From Alphaproteobacteria bacterium (GTDB taxonomy: Bacteria > Pseudomonadota > Alphaproteobacteria > UBA828), in contig CBDCRW010000004.1 in NCBI GenBank assembly GCA_965221125.1, positions 288,001 to 352,000 on the forward strand: a stretch of DNA of 64,000 nt, in the 5' to 3' direction. Position 1 is the stretch's first letter, and each line of letters begins with the position of its first letter. Below are positions 55,714 through 64,000 of this stretch, in pieces. The position numbers and the translations under genes were made by a program. The notes under the pieces were generated by a model. It saw only the letters and a list, made by a program, of their open reading frames with translations. It was not told the origin of the DNA and searched no databases.

Positions 55714-55918
55714 GATGTTATCCCTCCAAGAAAATTGGAAATTCCCTGTTCCACCAACCCTATATCATATCCCGTCCAAATAGTGAAGGTGACACCCCGC
55801 AAGGGCGGTGTAGGGTTGCCTTTCCGGCATTGCCGGGTCACACAATTCTTCGCTGCCACGACCTGCGCCTGACCGGGACGCCGGGTGCGCGGGTACGGTC
55901 TGAGGGGAGGGTTTCAAA

Positions 55919-57358
55919 ATGCCGCGAGCGAACGAAATCTGCCGCATGGACGCCGTGACGCTGGCGGCGCGGGTGCGGGCCGGGGAGCTGTCTGCGGTCG
56001 AGGTCGCGGACGCGGTCATCGCCCACATGGAGCAGGTGGAGCCCCACGTACACGCCTTCTGCACGCCGGCGCCGGACTATGCCCGCGCCGCCGCCCAGCG
56101 GGTGGATGCGACGATCGCGGCGGGCGAGGACCCGGGGCCGCTGGCCGGCGTGCCGGTCGGCATCAAGGATCTCGTCTGCACCAAGGACCTGCCCACCGTC
56201 TCGGGCTCCATCGCCTACGAAGGCTTCATGGCGGAGGAGGACGACGTGGTGGTCGAGCGCCTCAGGCACGCAGGCGCGGTCATCCTCGGCAAGACCAACG
56301 TGCCGGAGTTCGGCTACAGCGGCGCCAGCCACAACGCCGTGTTCGAGGCGACGCGCAACCCGTGGAACCTGGAGCGTGCGCCCGGCGGCTCCAGCGCAGG
56401 CTCCGGCGCCGCCGTGGCGGCGGGCATGGGCCCCATCGCCGTCGGAAGCGACGGCGGCGGCTCGGTGCGCATCCCGGCGTCCTTCAGCGGGCTGGTGGGC
56501 GTGAAGGCATCGATGGGGCGGGTGCCGCTCTACCCCGGCTGCCGGGACGAGCGCTATCCCGGCGTCTCCAGCTGGGAAGGGATCGAGCACATCGGCCCGC
56601 TATCGCGGACGGTGGCGGATTCGGCGCTCATGCTCTCGGTCATGGCCGGCCCCGACGACCGCGACCGCCACTCGCTGCCGGCCGCCGACTTCGACTGGAC
56701 GGACGCGGGCGGCGACCTCAAGGGCTGCCGCGTCGCCTACAGCGCCGACTGGGGCTATGCCGCCGTCGATCCCGAGGTGCGCGAGATCGTGGGCGAGGCC
56801 GCCCGTGTGTTCGAGAGCGACCTCGGCTGCACCGTGGAGGAGGCCGATCCCGGCTGGGAGGACCCCTACTTCACGTTCTGGGGCCTGGTGGCGGCGGAGA
56901 CCGACCTTGCCGGCATGCGCAGGCTGGTGGCCGAGCACGGCTCGCAAATGACGCCTCATCTGGTGGATTTTATTACCCGGCCGTGGACGGCGGAGGACCT
57001 GACCAACGCGGTGATCGGGCGGAAGGCGCTGGTCAACAAGATGTGGCGCTTCATGCGGAACTACGATTTTCTGCTGACGCCCACGCTCGCCTGCCCGCCC
57101 TTCGGGCTCTACATGCAGGGGCCTGAGATCATCGAGGGGCGCCTGGTGCCGCCCTTCGCCTGGCTCGCCTTCACCTTCCCCATGAACATGACGGGCCAGC
57201 CTGCGGCGAGCGTGCCGGCCGGGTGGACGGCGGAAGGACTCCCGGTCGGGCTGCAGATCGTGGGGCGCCACCTGGACGATCCGATGGTGCTGCGGGCGGC
57301 TGCGGCTTTCGAGGCCGCGCGGCCCTGGCGCGACCGCTGGCCGGCGTTGGTGTCCTAG
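55919..57358 (+). CDS. Amidase signature family protein
   Basis: GIKD, GKTNVPEFG, PGGSSAGS, GSDGGGSVRIPAS. Confidence 0.93.
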   Translation: MPRANEICRMDAVTLAARVRAGELSAVEVADAVIAHMEQVEPHVHAFCTPAPDYARAAAQRVDATIAAGEDPGPLAGVPVGIKDLVCTKDLPTVSGSIAYEGFMAEEDDVVVERLRHAGAVILGKTNVPEFGYSGASHNAVFEATRNPWNLERAPGGSSAGSGAAVAAGMGPIAVGSDGGGSVRIPASFSGLVGVKASMGRVPLYPGCRDERYPGVSSWEGIEHIGPLSRTVADSALMLSVMAGPDDRDRHSLPAADFDWTDAGGDLKGCRVAYSADWGYAAVDPEVREIVGEAARVFESDLGCTVEEADPGWEDPYFTFWGLVAAETDLAGMRRLVAEHGSQMTPHLVDFITRPWTAEDLTNAVIGRKALVNKMWRFMRNYDFLLTPTLACPPFGLYMQGPEIIEGRLVPPFAWLAFTFPMNMTGQPAASVPAGWTAEGLPVGLQIVGRHLDDPMVLRAAAAFEAARPWRDRWPALVS

Positions 57359-57385
57359 CCGGGCAGCGCGCGCCCGGCGCAAGAA

Positions 57386-57925
57386 CTACTCGGCCGCGGC
57401 CGGCACCCGCACGATACCCTCTTCGGTCAGCTTGTGGCCGCGGCGCTCGGCTTCTTCCAGCACGTCGTCGCGCCATTGCACGCGGCCAGGGTCGGTGGCG
57501 CCGACGATGACGAAGAGCAGACCCTCCTCGTCGCCCACGTTGCGGAAGCCCCGCATCACGTGGGGCGGGCACGAGGCCACGTCCCAGGGGTCGAGGATGA
57601 CGTAGCGGCTCTCCTCGTCGTCGCCCCAGAAAATCTTCCACTTGCCCTTGAGGGGCATGAAGACCTCGTTGGTCTCGTGATCGTGGTGCAGCGTGCCCTT
57701 GCCCGGTGCGCAGCGCACGACGGCGACGTTGAAGTCGCGGTTGTCGGTGATCGCGGCCTTCTGTGTCGCATCCTCGCCGACGCCACGGCCGATGATCTGG
57801 TAGATCTCGCGCTCGCAGCCGGGGATCACCGCGTCCAGCATGGGCAGCGAGCTGCCTTCCAGCTTGTGGAAGCGCGCGACGCGCGTCTCTTCGAACTCGT
57901 CTACCGTGATGATGTCATCGCTCAT
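57386..57925 (-). CDS. Cupin domain protein
   Basis: PGKGTLHHDHETNEVF, PPHVMRGFRN; start MSDDII at 57925. Confidence 0.85.
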   Translation of the reverse strand: MSDDIITVDEFEETRVARFHKLEGSSLPMLDAVIPGCEREIYQIIGRGVGEDATQKAAITDNRDFNVAVVRCAPGKGTLHHDHETNEVFMPLKGKWKIFWGDDEESRYVILDPWDVASCPPHVMRGFRNVGDEEGLLFVIVGATDPGRVQWRDDVLEEAERRGHKLTEEGIVRVPAAAE

Positions 57926-57948
57926 CGTTCGGCCTCCCTTAGCCGTTC

Positions 57949-59433
<1,485 letters not shown>

Positions 59434-59530
59434 CTAGCCTCGGCCCAAGACTAGCAAATCTCGCCGCTTCATCCGAACGGATCGAGGCAGCGGGCGCCGT
59501 GCTCGTAAATCTCAGCGATACCGTGCACGT

Positions 59531-60016
59531 TTATTCCTGGGGGTCCGCACGAGGACCGCGGGAGCGGTATTTTCCCGGCATTTGCGGGCTGTTGGCCGGG
59601 TTCGTGTCGTGCTTCGCCAGCCGCGTCACCACGCCCGCGCCCACGAGCGGGACGAGCGCCGCCTCCAGCGCATCCGCCCTGTCCTTCGCGTAGACCTCCG
59701 CGCCGCCCACGTGGATCGAGAACGATTTCACATACTTCGCCTGCTTGGCGGGGTCGGCGATCACCGCCCTGGTCCAGGCGTAGAGGGGGTAGTGCTCGAT
59801 GCCCTGCGCCTCGGCCTCGGCGCAGTAGCCGGCGAAGGCGTCGTACTGGCAGACGAGCGCGGCGTCGTGCGCCGCGAGAATATCGCGCAGGGGTCTGAGC
59901 CCCGCATGATCCGCCCCCGTCCGCGCGGCCTCGGCGGCGTTCTCCGCCAAATCGACGCGAAGCTGGTGCTGCCATTGCTCCGCTGCTGCCCCGGTAGCAG
60001 ACGGCTCTTCGGTCAC
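59531..60016 (-). CDS. Hypothetical protein
   Basis: Host-like codon usage, GGAGG RBS before GTG 60016; WQHQLRV, YPLYAWT, HDTNPANSPQ. Confidence 0.7.
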   Translation of the reverse strand: MTEEPSATGAAAEQWQHQLRVDLAENAAEAARTGADHAGLRPLRDILAAHDAALVCQYDAFAGYCAEAEAQGIEHYPLYAWTRAVIADPAKQAKYVKSFSIHVGGAEVYAKDRADALEAALVPLVGAGVVTRLAKHDTNPANSPQMPGKYRSRGPRADPQE

Positions 60017-60121
60017 GGCCCGTTCCTCCGTGTACGATTGCGTCTCAATTTGGCACAGTGCGCCCACCCTCCAAGGGTGCCCCACCCATTATAGGGTGTT
60101 CCGCCGCTCTGGTGCCTGCCT

Positions 60122-60958
60122 GTGACCTCTCTCCGCTTTCGGCCCCACCATGCGCTCGGCCTTGCGGCCGCGCTCGCCTTCGCGCTCTTCCCCATCTTCT
60201 GGATGGTGTCGACCTCGCTCAAGCCCTTCGGCGAGTGGGCGGCAGTGCCGCAGCCCTGGGTGCCGCGCGATCTGACGCTGGGCAACTACGCGCCCCTCTA
60301 CATGCGCTACGAGGAGAGCTACGTCACCGCGCCTCGCACCGGACTCGGCGCCATTCTCGATTCCGGCATCATCGCCGGCGGTACCACCGCGCTGGCGCTC
60401 GTCATCGGGCTGCTCGCGGCGATCGGCTTCTCGCGCTACCGCGCGGGCAGCAACCGTCTCGCCATCGGCATTCTCGCCGTCCGCGCGGTGCCGCCGATCA
60501 CGCTCGCGATCCCGGCGCTCTTCCTCTTCACCTCGTTCGGCCTGCGCGACACCCACATCGGCATCATCCTCGTCCACACCGCCTTCGGCGTGCCCTTCGC
60601 CTTCTGGATGCTGAAGAGTTTTATTGACGAGGTGCCGCCCGCCATCGAGGAAGCCGGTATGATGGACGGCATGAGCCGGCTGCGCGCGCACCTCGTCATC
60701 ACCGTGCCGATGATCCGGGGCGGCCTCGCGGTCACCGGCCTGTTCATCTTCATCCTCACCTGGAACGAGTTCCTGCTGACGGTCACGCTGAGCGACAAGC
60801 TCATCGTCACGGTGCCGATCTACCTGCACCATCACACCGGCGTCTACGGCGTGCAGGCGGCGCTCGCGGTCGCGGCCGCGCTCCCCATCGTCTTCTTCGG
60901 CTTCATGATTCAGAAGCACCTTGCGCGGGCGTTCACGCTGGGCGCGATCAAGCAGTAG
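60122..60958 (+). CDS. Carbohydrate ABC transporter permease (stand-alone)
   Basis: FPIFWMVSTSLK, EAA-loop IEEAGMMDGMS, WNEFL. Confidence 0.9.
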   Translation: MTSLRFRPHHALGLAAALAFALFPIFWMVSTSLKPFGEWAAVPQPWVPRDLTLGNYAPLYMRYEESYVTAPRTGLGAILDSGIIAGGTTALALVIGLLAAIGFSRYRAGSNRLAIGILAVRAVPPITLAIPALFLFTSFGLRDTHIGIILVHTAFGVPFAFWMLKSFIDEVPPAIEEAGMMDGMSRLRAHLVITVPMIRGGLAVTGLFIFILTWNEFLLTVTLSDKLIVTVPIYLHHHTGVYGVQAALAVAAALPIVFFGFMIQKHLARAFTLGAIKQ

Positions 60959-60966
60959 GCGGCGGG

Positions 60967-62289
60967 TCAGCCGAGGGCGGCGTCGACTTCGGTCAGGATC
61001 GCGTCGAGGATTTCGACGGCGTCCTGGATCTGATCCGCGTCGATGCAGAGCGGCGGGCCGATGAGGATGCCGTTAAGACAGGTCCGCGCTTCCAGCCCGT
61101 GCTCCAGCAGCCGGCGCTTGATGAGGTCGTTGACCGCGGCGTGGTTGGGCGCGGTGGAGAAGGGCGCGTCGGTTTCGGGGTCGGCCGTCAGCTCGATGGC
61201 GCCCAGCAGACCGAGCGAGCGCACGTCCGAGATGCACGGATGCTCCAGCTCGAGGCTTGCAAGCTCTGCCGCCAGAAAGTCCCCCATCTTTGCCGCGTTC
61301 TCGATCAGCCCGTCGTTCTCGTAGGCGTCGAGCGCGGCGCAGGCCGCGGCGCAGGCGATGGGGTTGCCGGTCTGCGTGGACCCCAGCGGGAACCACTCGT
61401 CGTCGAAGTTGGCGGCGACGTGGGGCCGCATCAGCACGGCGCCCATGGGGATGTAGCCCGACGTGATGCCCTTGGAGACCGCCATCAGGTCCGGCACCAC
61501 GTCCCAGTGCTCGATGCCGAACCAGCGCCCGGTGCGGCCGAAGCCGCAGATCACCTCGTCCGCGATCATCAGGATGCCGTGGCGGTCGCAGATCTCGCGC
61601 AGGACGGGGAAGTACTCGGGCGGCGGCTTGATCCCGCCGCTGGCGGCCGTCATCGGCTCGACGATGATCGCGGCGATCTGCCCCGGCCCCTCGCGCTCGA
61701 TCACTTCTTCCACGCTCTTCGCGCACTGCGCCTCGCAGCCGGGATAGGTGAGCGAGAAGGGGCAGCGGTGGCAGTAGGGGTCGAGGAAGCGGACGATGTT
61801 GGGGTGATCGTAGCCGACGGCAAGCCGCCTCGGATCGCCGCTCGCCGACATCGAGCCCGAGGTGGTGCCGTGATAGGAGCGGTACTTGGCGAGGATCTTG
61901 CGCCGCCCGGTTACGAGGCGCGCGATCATCATGGCGATCTCGGTGGCCTCGCTGCCGCTGCCGGTGAAGAACGCGGTCTGGATGTCGCCGGGCGCGACCT
62001 CGGCGAGCTTGCGGCCGAGCCGCTCGCGCGCGGCCGTGGTGTGGTGCGGGCCGATGTAGCAGAGCTTGCCGGCCTGCTCCTGGATCGCCGCGATCACCTT
62101 GGGATGCTGGTAGCCGAGATTGACGTTCACCAGCTGCGACGAGAAGTCGAGGTAGCGCTTGCCTGCCGTATCGTAGAAGTAGGCGCCCTCGCCGCTCTCC
62201 ATCTCGATCACGGTGTCCACCGCGTTCTGCGCGGCCCAGGGGATGATGTCGTAGCGCCGGTTCGCGCCGGCCGTCGTCGCCTCGGTCAT
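60967..62289 (-). CDS. Class III aminotransferase
   Basis: YLDFSSQL, YRSYHG, IADEVICGFGRTG, SKGITSG. Confidence 0.92.
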   Translation of the reverse strand: MTEATTAGANRRYDIIPWAAQNAVDTVIEMESGEGAYFYDTAGKRYLDFSSQLVNVNLGYQHPKVIAAIQEQAGKLCYIGPHHTTAARERLGRKLAEVAPGDIQTAFFTGSGSEATEIAMMIARLVTGRRKILAKYRSYHGTTSGSMSASGDPRRLAVGYDHPNIVRFLDPYCHRCPFSLTYPGCEAQCAKSVEEVIEREGPGQIAAIIVEPMTAASGGIKPPPEYFPVLREICDRHGILMIADEVICGFGRTGRWFGIEHWDVVPDLMAVSKGITSGYIPMGAVLMRPHVAANFDDEWFPLGSTQTGNPIACAAACAALDAYENDGLIENAAKMGDFLAAELASLELEHPCISDVRSLGLLGAIELTADPETDAPFSTAPNHAAVNDLIKRRLLEHGLEARTCLNGILIGPPLCIDADQIQDAVEILDAILTEVDAALG

Positions 62290-62335
62290 GTCTTCCTCCT
62301 GCGCGGTTTTGCGCCCTCCTGCACCCACCTGCGGG

Positions 62336-62683
62336 CTAGCGCGCGGCCACCACCATGATCTCGACCGTGAACGCAGGCGTCGCGAGCTTGCTTTCGACGC
62401 AGGCCCGGCAGGGCGGGTTCTCCTTGTCCACCCAGGGGTCCCACACGCTGTTCATCTCGTTGAAGGTCGAGATGTCCGAGAGCCAGACGTTGGCGGTAAG
62501 CAGCTTGTCCTTGGACGAGCCCGCCTTCTCCAACAGGGCCTCGATCTTGGCGAGGATCTGGCGGGTCTGGCCGGCGACGTCCTGGCTGGTGTCGTCCGCC
62601 ACCTGGCCGGCGAGGTAGACGCGGTCGCCGTGCACCACGGCCTGGCTCATGCGGGGGCCGACGTCGAAGCGCTGGATCGTCAT
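62336..62683 (-). CDS. RidA/YjgF family protein
   Basis: RMSQAVVH, YLAGQV, MNSVWD, PPCRACV, VEIMVVAA. Confidence 0.92.
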   Translation of the reverse strand: MTIQRFDVGPRMSQAVVHGDRVYLAGQVADDTSQDVAGQTRQILAKIEALLEKAGSSKDKLLTANVWLSDISTFNEMNSVWDPWVDKENPPCRACVESKLATPAFTVEIMVVAAR

Positions 62684-62741
62684 GTCTGGTCTCCGTTTCC
62701 TGTGGTTGGTCGTTGGCGTGATGGTAGCCGGCGGCGCGCCG

Positions 62742-64000
62742 TCACGCACTGGCGCGGGCGCAGAAATCCCGCGCTGCGTCGGTGACGGCCCGGATCGTCC
62801 GGTACTCGGCACTATTCACGAGCAGCTCCCGGCCGAGCAGCAGGGCAGGGCGCTCGCAGGCGGCGCGGCGGTCGGGATCGTCGATCAATTCGAAATCGAT
62901 GTTGTGGGCGATGCCGAGAATTCGGCGAATCATCTTGGCGGCGCCGAACTGGATCGTGTCGGTGAGCAGGTCTGCGATCGCGGCGTCTCGCGCTTGCTCC
63001 AGAGAGGCCTCGCCCTCCGCTCCCTCGAAGAGGGCTGCCGGGTAGGCGTCGCCCGTGCGCTCGGCCCAGAGTGCGCCGTAGCGCTGGGCGAAGGCGTTCC
63101 AGAACGTCTCGACCGTCTCCAGCACCCAGACCTTGTAAGCGGCGCGGTCGTCCGGCTCGGTCGCGTGGCCGTCCTGGCTGAAGTAGTTGAGCAGCAGGTT
63201 GCCGACGAAGGCGCCGGTGTCGAACCCCATCGGTCCGTAGAAGGCGAACTCGGGGTCGATCACCCGGGTGTCGTGCTCCGTCACCATGATCGAGCCGGTG
63301 TGCAGGTCGCCGTGGATCAGCGCTTCGGCGTTCCCCATGAACTTGCACTTGATGCCGGAGACGGCGCGTTTCAGCGGCGCATCGGCGCGCACGGCGGCGG
63401 CGAGGTCGTCGAGCTGCGGCGAGGTCCACCAGTTGTTCTCGTGCACCATGTAGGGCTCGGTGAAGATCAGGTCCTCGGTGATGTTGCAGAGCGCCGTGTT
63501 GCCGCAGAAGACCGCCACGCGCGCCTTCTTCTCGGCCGCGTCCATGCCGAGGTCCGAGGTGAAGAACAGCGTCCGCGCCATGTATTCGGCCATGTCGGTA
63601 GCCGCGCGCGGATAGCGGACGCCCTGGATCATGCCGCGCCGCATGATGATGTGGGGCTCCAGCAGCTCCATCACCGTCAGCATCAGCACCCGGTCGAAAC
63701 GGTAGACGGCAGGCGTGAGTCCCGGCGCGTGGCGGCCGTGCTCGACCAGCGCCTCGTGCTCGAAGAACGCGCGGTCGAGCGGCAGCGGCCAGCTCTCGCC
63801 CACCAGCCGCACGTAGGGCAGCGCCTGCTTGACGCAGAGCCCGCCGTCGGGGCCGCGCACGATGAAGACGAGGTTGAGATTGCCGTCGCCGACCTCGTCC
63901 ACCTGCCACGCGTCCGGCCCGCCGCCCAGGCGCTCGCGGAGCGCGGGCAGCCCCGCGAGATAGGGCGGGAGCGTGTCGACGTCGAGGGCCCTGTAGCCCT
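62742..64000 (-). CDS. mtnK: S-methyl-5-thioribose kinase (5' end outside window)
   Basis: EVGDGNLNLVF, KQALPYVR..GESWPL, LIHGDLHTGS, IDPEFAFYGPMGFD. Confidence 0.93.
   Translation of the reverse strand, partial: GYRALDVDTLPPYLAGLPALRERLGGGPDAWQVDEVGDGNLNLVFIVRGPDGGLCVKQALPYVRLVGESWPLPLDRAFFEHEALVEHGRHAPGLTPAVYRFDRVLMLTVMELLEPHIIMRRGMIQGVRYPRAATDMAEYMARTLFFTSDLGMDAAEKKARVAVFCGNTALCNITEDLIFTEPYMVHENNWWTSPQLDDLAAAVRADAPLKRAVSGIKCKFMGNAEALIHGDLHTGSIMVTEHDTRVIDPEFAFYGPMGFDTGAFVGNLLLNYFSQDGHATEPDDRAAYKVWVLETVETFWNAFAQRYGALWAERTGDAYPAALFEGAEGEASLEQARDAAIADLLTDTIQFGAAKMIRRILGIAHNIDFELIDDPDRRAACERPALLLGRELLVNSAEYRTIRAVTDAARDFCARASA

Overview
GC-rich alphaproteobacterial chromosomal segment (Rhodospirillales-like by gene content; taxonomy is an inference). 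Core genes include the ffh-rpsP-rimM-trmD-rplS-leuC-leuD cluster, folD, argG, glnB-glnA, tRNA-Arg(TCT), tadA, ndk, clpS-clpA, gatCAB and mtnK. They are interleaved with many nitrogen-compound catabolic and transport genes: a xanthine-dehydrogenase-family enzyme, two Liv/Urt-type ABC systems, amidase, dihydropyrimidinase, hydantoinase B and aminotransferases. Accessory patches: (i) an intact ISAs1-family element whose transposase carries an N-terminal DUF4338/DruA-like domain, inserted at the promoter of an NYN-nuclease gene; that gene is preceded by a small structured, terminator-ended leader and carries a 1-nt frameshift; (ii) an AT-rich orphan gene bracketed by a 10-bp inverted repeat; (iii) higBA next to the tRNA; (iv) an antitoxin plus an internally deleted PIN toxin overlapping tadA; (v) a scrambled region with an internally deleted IS1380 element, a ureC 3' fragment, an orphan DNA methyltransferase and a KamA-family radical SAM enzyme. 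No rRNA or CRISPR array was seen. All calls come from motif recognition by eye; no database searches were run.
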